Both the position numbers and the translations under genes were made by a program. Below the pieces are notes generated by a model. The model saw nothing but the letters and a program-made list of their open reading frames with translations. It did no database searches and was not told the DNA's origin. From NCBI RefSeq assembly GCF_006345805.1, contig NC_043010.1:34286001-34350000 (forward strand): a stretch of DNA of 64,000 nt, read 5' to 3'. This document shows, in pieces, positions 13,455 through 24,339 of the stretch. The number at the start of each line of letters is the position of its first letter. Positions within the stretch are counted from its first letter, which is position 1. This DNA comes from Octopus sinensis. Taxonomy: Eukaryota.

Positions 13455-13681
13455 TAATCCTTTTGTTACCAATTTTCTGTTGAAATACACTGCTTTTTGT
13501 TTCAATTAATTTTGAGAATAATGAAAAATTTTGTAAAATAATTTTTTTCATTATTAAGTTGGTGCTAGGAGAACATACATCAAGTTGAAATTTTGATGGA
13601 AGGTTTCGATTTAAATCACTTTAAATAAGGAAGTATCAAAAACTAGGGGCAGCTTCCGGTGGGTTGGTATGAAAAAGTTAA
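13455..13681. mobile_element. Second TTAA-bounded MITE family, copy 2
   Basis: taatccttttgttacc ... ggtatgaaaaagttaa; internal similarity to 11891-12123. Confidence 0.55.
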
Positions 13682-15254
13682 AATTAATTAAAATGTCTTT
13701 TTCAAAAGGGTTATCATTTTGGGGAGAAATACTGTAACAGAGATATACTGTTAATATCATCACTGACTGGAGAGATAGAAAACAGACAGCCTAGTCTATG
13801 TATAGGTTGAGAGAATTACTTCTAACAGACACTATGCCTGAAATTTAGTAGGAGTGAAGCAGTCAATTATATTGACCTCCATGTAGTTGACTGGTATGGA
13901 AGGATGGAAGGTGAAGTTGACCCCAGTAGGGTTTGAGCTTACAAAGTAAAGAACCAGAGGGGCAACAAATAATAGAAACAAATACAAAACATGGGGTTTG
14001 GGCAAATTCAAAAGAAAATACTGAAGTATAACAACAGACATTTTACCAGGAGAGAATATAAAATCTGAATAGCCTATAACAGAAATAGGGAACCTGTGGC
14101 TTTCTGAAGTGTTAAGGACAACCATCTGAAAGAAGTACACATCTGAGGAAGAAAAATCTTCACATTGTAATATATTTTTGTTTATTTAGTTTTATTTAAA
14201 AACATATCTTTTCAGCAAACTGCAAATTCTAGACACATCTATTTATAATCTTTTTTCTTTATCTATACTTGTAATAACAATTATGTTTAAAGTATAGAAA
14301 TCTAAAGAAATTTTCAGAAAAGAGAAAATAAGATATAAATACAAACTTGTTATCAAGTGCAAGCAGTCATTGAATGATAACAGGAATATGATTAGGAAAA
14401 CCTGTCTCTCACACCAGTTCACAGTCTCTGCCTTTCTGGTCTCTGAGGCTGAAGAGGAGATTACCACTCTGAAATGCATACATCCCACAGTCTGGTTAGG
14501 GAATGTTGTGAACTGACTTCTTGGTGACAAAATACAGTGAATGGCTTTCTTACAGGTTTGAATATGCCTCAAGCATATTTGAACTAGTAACAAGTTTGTG
14601 TTTATACATGTCACCGCTTAGCACTGACACCCCATACAAAAAGTTATGACGGAGAGGGCTTCATCTGAAACTGTTCCATTTTTGTATTTGGGGTTTTTAA
14701 TGAATATTTTATAAAATAATAGGTTTAGTATAAAAATTCTTTCGAAATGCAGCTTTGTCAGATGATAGTTTTAGCTTCAGTGTGGCCTGGTCAAAAGGCA
14801 GTTCAATATGGCTTTTCAGTATAAAAGGCCCCCAAATAACAGTAGTACATTCTGAGCTGTTTAGTATCAGGATCTACATGAAGGGTTCCTGATAATCAGA
14901 AACAAGGTCAATATACTTTTTTGAGGGTATACAACTAATAAAGTTGATGGATAAAAAAGGAAAACAGACCTTCCTTTTTTACTGCCTCCTCACTAATGGT
15001 GATGAGGTCTGAACCTAAAAAGCCAAAGTTGAATAACTATATTTAGTGAAACCACCAGATGAATTGATGTCCTCTTACTTTAGTCAGTCTCCCATCTCCA
15101 CCCCCACCCTTTACTGTGAGCTGGAGTGGAACTTTAAAAAGGTACAAAACTAAATAACTATATTACATTTAATGCTGTGCTGCACATCCTCACTAGTCAC
15201 AATCATGACGACCTTCAACTCAGTAATAAATGAGCGATCAGGGAAGTCTCTTGT

Positions 15255-15606
15255 TCAGTGGGGTCCATATAAGATTTTTATTTTTGGTGGTGGGGTCTAC
15301 ACAAGCAAAATAGGTCAATAGGCCCATGAAAAAATTTTACTTCAGATGTATTTATTGCAAGAAACAGCTAGGTTTCTTTCTCTAATGATTTACATAGCTT
15401 AACTTGCTTCCAGCTACTGAAACATGTTCTGTCAGAGAGTGCTACTGTAAACCTACACAAGTGAAATTTGTGAAAAACAAAATAAGAATTTTGAAAGAAG
15501 TATCTATAAAACTAGTTTTTAAACATCGAATGATTATGAGGTGTCCACCAAAACAAAATAGTAATCAAAAGGAGCCATAAATAAAAATTATGGTTGAGAC
15601 CCATTG
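15255..15606. mobile_element. Probable hAT-type non-autonomous element, left end eroded
   Basis: Right end atggttgagacccattg resembles a CAGTGGTTCTCAACC-type TIR; subterminal ggggtccatataagatt motifs; no clean TSD. Confidence 0.4.
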
Positions 15607-16514
15607 CTGTAGTTAGTCAATGATTGCTAGAAATAGCAGCTAAATTCCACTCAAATCACACTCTGCTGTCTTAAAGTAAAAAGGCAGGATGATGAAAGCT
15701 AGAATGCTTTGATTACAAACCTAATAAATAGCAACTTACTAAAAGTTTTTGATTGAGACAAAAAGTCAGCAATTTTGAAAGAAGTGGTTAGTCAACTCCA
15801 TCTCCTCCAGAACTTGACTAGTACTTTCCCAACCCTGAGAGGGATGAAAGGCCAAGTTGACCCTAGTGAGATTTAAACATGGAATGTAAAGAGCTAGGAA
15901 ATAACACCTTTATAATAATAAAACCAGCGATAAATATGATCTACAGTACTTCCTGTTTCCTAATTTATACTATAAATGGTCAAGTTATCCATACAAGATT
16001 GTATTCTTAAAGTAACTCTTAGGTAAAAATCAGTGTAACAAAGTGTAATGAAGCTGGTTCTTTGAATGACAAGTACAGACCATTCAATACAGCTGCTCAT
16101 GCAGTTTTCTTCTACTTAATTGAACACACACCTTTCTCTTTCATGTTTCAGTCATTGGACTGTGGCCATGCCGGGGATTTGCCATGAAGGCTTTAATTGA
16201 ACAAATTGGTTCCAGTACATAGTTTTTTTTTTTTAAATCTGATACTTATTCCATTGGTCTATTTTGACGAACAGCTTAGTTACAGGGATGTACACAAATC
16301 AACACTGGTTGTCAAGTGGTAGGGGGATAAACACAAATGCACAGTATATTTATATAAGTTTGTTTGTTATGACTAATTAGAGAGATCATTGGTTTCAAAC
16401 CTGTAAAACTCTTAGTGAATCCAAAGGTCACTTTCTGACCAGCCATAACAAACAACCTAAGTATTTCTGCTCTAAAGTTTTTGAGTGTGCTGCTTTTCAG
16501 ATCTATGAACTACT

Positions 16515-16521
16515 GGCCTAT

Positions 16522-16572
<51 letters not shown>

Positions 16573-16590
16573 GTGTGTGTGTGTGTATTC
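16515..16590. repeat. (TA)n(CA)n(GT)n compound microsatellite
   Basis: Directly visible. Confidence 0.9.
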
Positions 16591-16835
16591 TTTATTAGTG
16601 TATTAAGGCTACCATTGAGGTTTTGTGTTAAGAAAAATATGGAGACAAACACCATTCCTCCATGTCATCGGCTTGCTTGAAAAATTGTTAGCATATTAAG
16701 ATTTCTTTTTTACATGAAACCAATGATAGCCTCAATACCCAAATAAAGAATACACACACACACAAATCTATCCACCAATGTGGTGTTGAGCACTTATTCT
16801 TGTTGTTCAACATTTATGTATATATATATATATAA

Positions 16836-16849
<14 letters not shown>

Positions 16850-16875
<26 letters not shown>

Positions 16876-17260
16876 GCACACACACATACACAATAGGCTT
16901 CACACAGTTTCCATCAACTAAATTTACTCATAAGGTATTTATTTATTTATTGCCCACTGAGGGCTAAACATAGAGGGGACAAAACAAGAACAGACAAAGG
17001 GATGAAGTCGATTACATTGACCCCCAGTGCGTAACTGGTACTTATTTAATCGACCCCGAAAGGATGAAAGGCAAAGTCAACCTCGGCAGAATTTGAACTC
17101 AGAACATAACAGCAGACGAAATATCGCTAAATATTTCGCCCAGCGTGCTAATGATTCTGCCAGCTTGCTGCCCTTAATTTACTCATTAAGGTATTGCCAT
17201 GCCACTGAACCGAAAACTATTTGATTGCCTAGCGAGCTTCTTAACCGCACAGCCATGTCT
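16850..17260 (-). mobile_element. SINE family B (about 16950-17177) nested in a family A copy
   Basis: Family A motifs (aggcttcacacagtttccatc ... gagcttcttaaccgcacagcc) are split by a full family B core. Confidence 0.7.
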
Positions 17261-18124
17261 GCATCTATACATACATACATATGAAAATATTTCTGGTTTA
17301 AAACAATTTTGGGTTTATACAAAATCTGCTTGAATTTCTTTAGCTTTGGTGCATCTAAAAATCATCAATCAATATGTTTGGTGGCTTAATCTGGCAATTA
17401 GTGTTTGTGATATATGCTTGCGTTTGTAATATAATATAATATAATATAAACTCTTTTTTAAGAAGTTTGAATGCAAATGAAGCTATAAATAAATGATAGC
17501 TCATAAATATCGAGTAAATATACCCATTAACTGGAAGGGGTGTATTTACCTGATATTTTACAAGCTATTATTTATTTATGGCTTCATTTACATGTGATCT
17601 TAAAAAAGAAAAAGAGACATATTTTTAAACTTCTCAATGCTTCAACAAAATCACATGCGCACACACACACACATACTTGCACATGTACACAAAGATATGG
17701 AAGAAAGAGTAGGAAGCAACAGCATTCATGTGTTACCAAGTGTATTGGCAAAGGGTGGGATGTTCAAAGAGGCACTTAAAATGAAGTTCAGGAATTAAGA
17801 TTTTAAGAATTTATATACCTGCACTATAACAGTGTCAAAATAATAATTTCTAACAGAGGTACACAACCAGAAATTTAGGAAGAGGGGGCAGGTGATTATA
17901 TTGACCCTAATCAAGTACTTTATTTTTGTTAATCCTCGCCCTGGAAGAATGAAAGGCAAAGTTGACCTTAGTGGAATTTGAACCAAGAATATGTTGTCTG
18001 ATGCTAAGGCAGTGAGTCTGCTGACCAAGGTGGCCACCCCTGGTTCAGAAAAATCAGTAACCCAGAAAGGTTTTGGAACTAAAGCTTCTTGAAGAGTAAT
18101 ATTGTACCTGTACTTATTTTATCA

Positions 18125-18425
18125 TGAAGGCACATGGTCTAAGGGTTAGAGCAGCAGACTCGCAGTCGAGGGATCGTGGGTTCAAATCTCAGATTGGGCG
18201 ATATGTGTGTTTATGAGCGAAACACCTAAGCTCCATGCAGCTCCGCAGAAGGTAATAGTGAACTTCTGCTGACTCTTTCACCACAACTTTGTCTCACTCT
18301 TACCTCCTGCATCTTGCAGCTCACTTGCTATGGACTGGCATCCCATCCAGGTAGGGAACCTATACGCCAAGGAAACCGGGAAACCAGCCCTATGAGCCAG
18401 GCATGGCTTGAGAAGGAACAAACAA
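18125..18425 (+). mobile_element. tRNA-derived SINE family C with 12-bp TSD
   Basis: Head tgaaggcacatggtctaagggttagagcagc...ggttcaaatctc; TSD cttattttatca at 18113-18124 and 18426-18437. Confidence 0.85.
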
Positions 18426-18998
18426 CTTATTTTATCAATCCTGAAACAATATATATAAATTACCTTGGTGTAATCTAAAGACAGGAATTTTTCGACCAGG
18501 TTTACAAGACAAAATTTGTGTGGGTGGCGTTTGTGATGGTGTGATTCAGTAAACTGCATGCAGGGCAAAATACTTAGCAGCATTTTGTCTGTCTTTACGT
18601 TCTGAGTTCAAATTCTGCCAGGTTGACTTTGCCTTTCATCTTTTTGGGGGTCGATAAAATAAGTACCAGCCAAGTAATAGGGACCATGTGATCAACTTAC
18701 TCCCTCCTCTGAAATTTCTGGCCTTGTGACAAAATTTGTGAAAGTATTTTGTCTAATGCCTTTTTTTTTTTTTTTTTTTGATTTCTAACACAGACACAAG
18801 CTCATGATACAGTTTTAGAAGAGAAGTATATTCAAATTAATTGGCCTACAGTAACTTGGTACAACATTGACTCTCAGGGAACCAGTGGTCTGAAACCTCT
18901 TACAATCTGCACTAATTTATGAGTAGTAACTTCAAATTCCTGGTTGTCAGACTAGTATCTTGTACTGTAAAGTGTTAATAAACTTGTATCATTTATAC

Positions 18999-19261
18999 CA
19001 GTGGTTCCCAAACCTTTTTGGGCTGCTGGCCCCTAAGCACCCAGGCCACATTCCTAGCACCCCACCTAAACAGACCACTTTCTGAAGCAAATTCAAAACA
19101 ACTGTATTTTCATAAAACTTGGCCTAATTAATCCATTATTTTGTTGCTCTTACATCTATTGCCCCCTTATTATTGTCCCACTTGTCTTCCACACCTCTTA
19201 ACCCACCTAGATCTTTCAACTGCCCCAGGGGATACAGTACCACCTACTTTGGGAACCACAG
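18999..19261. mobile_element. hAT-type MITE, 263 bp
   Basis: TIRs cagtggttcccaaac / ctttgggaaccacag (13/15); 8-bp TSD atttatac / acttatac. Confidence 0.85.
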
Positions 19262-19733
19262 ACTTATACCAATGTACAGGTGTCTATATTTCATTTGATT
19301 ATTCAGGTAAATTTAATATTTGCTTCCTTTCAGGTCTGCTGACTAAGGTGGCCACCCCTGATTCAGAAAAATCAGTAACCCAGAAAGGCTTTGGAACTAA
19401 AGCTTCTGGAAAAGTAATGTACCTGTACTTATTTTATCAACCCTGAAACAAAATACATAATTTTCCTTGGTGAAATCTGAAGACAGGATTTTCAACCAAC
19501 TTTGCAAGGCAAAATTTGTGTGGGTGGTGTTTGTGATGGTGCGATTCAATAAACTGCATTATTTAATCAGATGTTGTTTCCGCCAACTCATTAGCTTTAA
19601 ATTTAACAATAATAATATATTTTTGTTCTATTATAAGGTCTAACCATTGGTAATTAAACTCACATATTTCACTACAGATTAAATACAACAAAACATTGTG
19701 TCTGCTATTTTACGGATTCTGTCATCCACTACC

Positions 19734-20148
19734 CTCTTTTACTTGTTTCAGTCATTTGACTGTGGCCATGCTGGAGCACCGCCTTTAGTTGAGTAAATCG
19801 ATCCCAGGACTTATTCTTTGTAAGCCTAGTACTTATTTTATCGGTCTCTTTTGCCGAACCGCTAAGTTACGGGGGCGTAAACACACCAGCATCGGTTGTT
19901 AAGCGATGTTGGGGGACAAACACAGACACGCAAACATATACACTCTTATATATACATATACACTCTTATATATACATATAGACGACGGGCTTCTTTCATT
20001 TTCCATCTACCAAATCCACTCACAAGGCTTTGGTCGGCTCGAAGACACCTATAGTAGAAGACACCTGCCCAAGGTGCCACGCAGTGGGGCTGAACCCGGA
20101 ACCATGTGGTTCGTAAGCAAGCTACTTACCACACAGCCACTTCTATGC
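19734..20148 (-). mobile_element. SINE family A, full length, low divergence
   Basis: CpGs largely retained; same architecture as 5444-5850. Confidence 0.88.
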
Positions 20149-20159
20149 CTATAAACCTA

Positions 20160-21390
20160 ATAATAATAATAATTTTTTCTACTATAGGCTCAAGCTTGAA
20201 ATTTTGGCAAGAGGGAGATAGTCAATAAACATCTATCCCAGTACTCATTTCATTGACTCCGAAGGGATGAAGAGCAAAACTGATTTTGACAGAATTTGAA
20301 CTCAGAATGTAATGCATTTTGTCTCACATGCTAATGATTCTGCCAGCTCACCACCTTTAATGGTTTTCAATTTTTGCACAAGGCCAGCAAATGTAAGGGA
20401 GGCGTTAAGTTGATTATATCGACCCCAGGACTTGGTTGGTAGTTATTTTATTGCCCCCCCCCCCCCCTCCTTCCCCCCATCAAAAGACCAAAGACAAAGT
20501 CAACCTTAGTTGAATTTGAACTCAGAAAATAAAGACAGACAAAATGCCACTAAACATTTTGTCCTGTGTGCTAATGATTCTGTCAGCTTGCTACCTTAAT
20601 AATAATAATAATAATAATAATATTAATAATAATCCTTTCTATTATAGGCACAAGGCCTGAAATTTAGGGGGAAGAGATAAGTTGATTACATCAACCCCAG
20701 ATTCAACTGGTGCTTTTCTTTTTTTATTGACCCCTGAAAGGATGACAAGCAAAGTCAATCTCAGCGAAATTTGACCTTAGAACATTAAGACAGATGAAAT
20801 ACTGCTAAGCATTTTGCCCCAAGGGCTAATGATTCTGCTAGCTTGACACTTTAATAATAATAATAATATTAATGGTTTTAAATTTTGGTACAAGGCCAGC
20901 AATTTTCAGGGTAGTGATAAAGTTGATTACATCAAGCCCAGAGCTCAACTGGTACTTATTTTATCAAGCCTAAAAGGATGAAAGTCAAAGTAGACCTTGG
21001 CAGGATTTGAACTTGGAACGAAGACGGATGAAATGCTGCTAACCATGTTGCCTGGCATGTGAACAATTCTGCCAGTTTGCCACCTTAATGATAATAATCT
21101 TGGGCGAAATGCTTAGCAGCATTTTGCCTGTCTTTACATTCTGAGTTCAAATTCTGCTGAGATCAACTTTACTTTTCATCCTTTAAGGGCCGATAAAATA
21201 AGTATACCAGTTGATCACTGGGGGTCAATATAATTGAATTCCTCTCATCCCAGAAATTGCTGGCCTTGTGCCAAAATTTGAAATCATCATTATTATTATT
21301 AATTATACTAATAAAGTCCCATTCAAATCTTAGGAGTGATTATGTGACTCATTCGCTTCCTCAAAATTTCTGACCTTGTACCTACATTAA
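20160..21390 (-). mobile_element. Chain of four minus-strand SINE B copies followed by one or two plus-strand copies
   Basis: Repeated ~200-bp units separated by (AAT)n tracts. Confidence 0.85.
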
Positions 21391-22322
21391 AAATATTGGT
21401 ATTGCTTTTTGACTACTGCATTGTAGTTTGAAACCAAATTGTTGATAGTTTGCTTCTTTCAAGGATTAAAAAAAAATTTTTTTTGTGTTTCATCTTTTGG
21501 GGTTGACCTCAGCTACAAGTGTTAGGTCAGTTTGTTTCTCACTTCACTGGGGCCATACCTCTTATTAAAAAAAAAATGTTTCACAAAAAGTGATAATAAA
21601 TAAAAGAAAATAAACAATAATATAAAGTGTTGTTCTCCAACAAATTTATGGTCAAGCCAGTGGCAGTTGATCCTTCTGGTGTTCTTAGCCCCTGGACCAT
21701 ATCTCTGCTCACCACTATCAGGGCAGAGATTGCTATCTGTAAGTGCAAGTTCTGTGAGTCAGAGTGGTTATTTCAGCACATCTCTCACTATCTTTTGGGG
21801 CAACACCTTTTCCATTTTGTCTGCTGATACCATGAGAAGTGTTTTCATATTGTGAGAGGCAAGATTCTTTGCTAATACTTCTATTTACATATACACACAC
21901 CATACAAAGATCAATGCACTCACTAAAAGTAAACACAGATGGTATCATGTTTGAAAGCTGAACAAGAGAGGAAGGTGGGAATCAGTGAGGGGAGTTGCTT
22001 ACTTTTACTCCTTTCACTGAGGAAGACATTGATGTAGCCCAATCAGCAATGACACTTCCATCACCACGACCACCACTGATGTCACACAGATGCTCTTGAG
22101 GAGAAGACAAAAAGGAGCAGCAGTAATAACCACCACCCACCTGCCAAGCATCAGCAACAACAACCAAAAGTGAGGAGAAAATTATCATCATCATCATCAT
22201 CATTGCTGCCATCACAACAAGCTCAACAAATAGGCCAAATACTACAACACTAAGCAATACAATCACCACTATTTCCCTGTGATAACTAGCAATGTCACCT
22301 CTGAAGCCAGCAGCAGCAACAA

Positions 22323-22680
22323 GTGGAGGCGCAATGGCCCAATGGTTAGGGCAGTGGACTCGTGGTTTCGATTCCCAGACCGGGCGTTGTGTGTGTTTAT
22401 TGAGCGAAAACACCTAAAGCTCCACGAGGCTCCAGCAGGGGGTGGTGGTGACCCTTGTTGTACTCTCGCTCCAACTTTCTCTGTCTTTCTTCCTGTTTCT
22501 TGTCCCCGACTTTCTACGCAACCACTGAGCCTGGATGCTCATTCATCCATCTGTCGATGCTCTCGGTGTCAGGGGTTGACTTGCTTTGTCTTCTGCGGGT
22601 CTTACGAATAGAAAAGGACCACGTTTTGGACCTCTCCCACTGGGACGAAGACCACTTCGCTCAACAGCAACAACAAAAAC
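22323..22680 (+). mobile_element. SINE family C head plus distinct body and (CAA)n tail
   Basis: gtggaggcgcaatggcccaatggttagggcagtggactc head, shared with 18125 and 42717. Confidence 0.75.
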
Positions 22681-22939
22681 ACCAGAAGCTATAGCTATAA
22701 CAAAGTAGCTTTTCATTTGTGAGTGTAACAAAAGCAACAGGTGACTGGAGATGAAAGAAGAATAATTAAATGAAGCAGGTGGGCTCATCCAAAAGGATAG
22801 AAAAGACCTTGACTGTGCATGGTGATATACTAGTTCATAACTATAAAAGCCAGAGGATTAAAAAGCCTAAGTAGAGAAGTGCTGCAGGAGGAACATTGGG
22901 GATGAAAGTGAAGGTGATGGATATGTTAACCAAAAAAAT

Positions 22940-23597
22940 TAGCTTCTGATGGCTGGTGGCAGCTGTTTCAGGAAATGAAGAGGCTGAAACAGCAATCCTT
23001 GATGCACTCTAGCTACAGCAGATCAGAAAGAGAATTAGAGCTCCTCATCCAACTGGATCAAGGAAAGCTCGTAGGCACTCCCAAATTGGTAGCATTGTCA
23101 AATAGTACCCAGGTGTTTGTAGTAGGAAGAGAGTTAAGGTGCTTACCATCTAACAACTTTCTGTCCTTAGTAGGAGGCAAAACAGGAAACTATCACTGCT
23201 GCTACCACCATAAGGTTCAGTCCTTGCTGTGGTGTGATGGCTTGTGTACATCAATGACCCTGAGAAAATTCCAGGGGAGGACAAACTCTAGATAGGGTTT
23301 CCTATGTTGGACTGAACAGATCAAAAAGTAAAAGCCAAACTAATATGGACCACCTTTTCCCAGAGATAAAAACAGATTTGCATAGGGCCCCTACTTAGGA
23401 AAAAAAAAAGCAAAGTTACAGAAGCATTGATGACAATTCAAAACCAACAAGACCTGGGAGAGGAAGGCCTTCTCTAAGAGAAACATGATGCAGCACAACA
23501 AAAGCTGAAAGGCAGAGCTGTAAAAGCTGGAATCTAACTGGGAAGAAGTAGAGTCAAGAGCAGTGGAGAAAAGTTGTTGATGGCCTATGTTCCTAGG
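22940..23597 (+). mobile_element. Decayed 3' end of an RTE-clade LINE
   Basis: GRGRPSLRET-like segment followed by QWRKVVDGLCS-like terminus typical of RTE ORF2 ends; many lesions. Confidence 0.5.
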
Positions 23598-24106
23598 CAG
23601 CGGTCACCAAACTATGGTCCGTGGCTAGATCTGTCCCACCATCACTGCACTGTAAAGTACTGGCAATGAGAGTTCATTTGCCTCTGGTATGGCATCACTG
23701 TTTAGAACAACTTATATATTTGGGCAAACATTTTCAAAAATGAGGTATGTGAAGTCAGCACATCGAACAAGGTTGACTGATGAACATTTGAAAGCAATTC
23801 TCTTGGTTGGATGCAGCAATTCCAAAGCAAATATTGATGATATCTTAAAAGCTAAAGACTAGTTTCACAAATCACACTAACCTTTTTTTCTGCTTAATTT
23901 GTGAGATTTGGATATGTGTGCACTGGGTGTGATATAACTCTTATTGTTAACGTTGCCTTCTTTGATAAATTTTTGGTAAATAAAAATGTTGGTTGTCTTT
24001 ATTTTTTGTATAATCACTGTATTGTATTGAACAAAATAGTTATGTGGTTGCACTCATCATTCTCTCAGTTATCTGGCCCACCGTGAAAAAAGTTTGATGA
24101 CCCCTG
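23598..24106 (+). mobile_element. Internally deleted hAT (Charlie/SPIN-like) DNA transposon, 509 bp
   Basis: TIRs cagcggtcaccaaact / agtttgatgacccctg (14/16); 8-bp TSD ttcctagg / ctcttagg; 23701-23880 translates FRTTYIFGQTFSKMRYVKSAHRTRLTDEHLKAILL (hAT C-terminal dimerisation region). Confidence 0.85.
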
Positions 24107-24339
24107 CTCTTAGGGATTGAAGGGCTTAAGTAAATAACACTGCTGCCAACCCCACATTTACAGCAGTAGAAACATCGCAACTCCATTAAAAAAAAAATGA
24201 AAAACAACCAAAAGCATCTCAGCATGCCCTCTCCGGTAAAACACAAACACATGAGCATACTTACCTTCATCACTTTCAGATCAAACTACTCAGATCCTGA
24301 GATGTGGTGAAGTTAAAATGAAAGCCACTTATCTTAGTC

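Larger units (their letters stand above)
18017..19560 (+). repeat. Local direct duplication of a ~230-bp unit (18017-18559, SINE-interrupted; 19335-19560, uninterrupted)
   Basis: Shared ctgctgac(c/t)aaggtggccacccctg...aaaatttgtgtgggtgg...aaactgca. Confidence 0.85.

Noticed and set aside
20160-21390. Regularly spaced ~200-bp repeats that could suggest a CRISPR-like array
   Set aside because: The units are diverged SINE copies joined by microsatellite tails, with no repeat-spacer architecture and no cas genes, in a eukaryotic context.
21627-21948. Overlapping short ORFs with Cys/His residues (CKCKFCESEW...)
   Set aside because: No recognisable domain and no convincing splice sites in frame; more likely a decayed retroelement piece.
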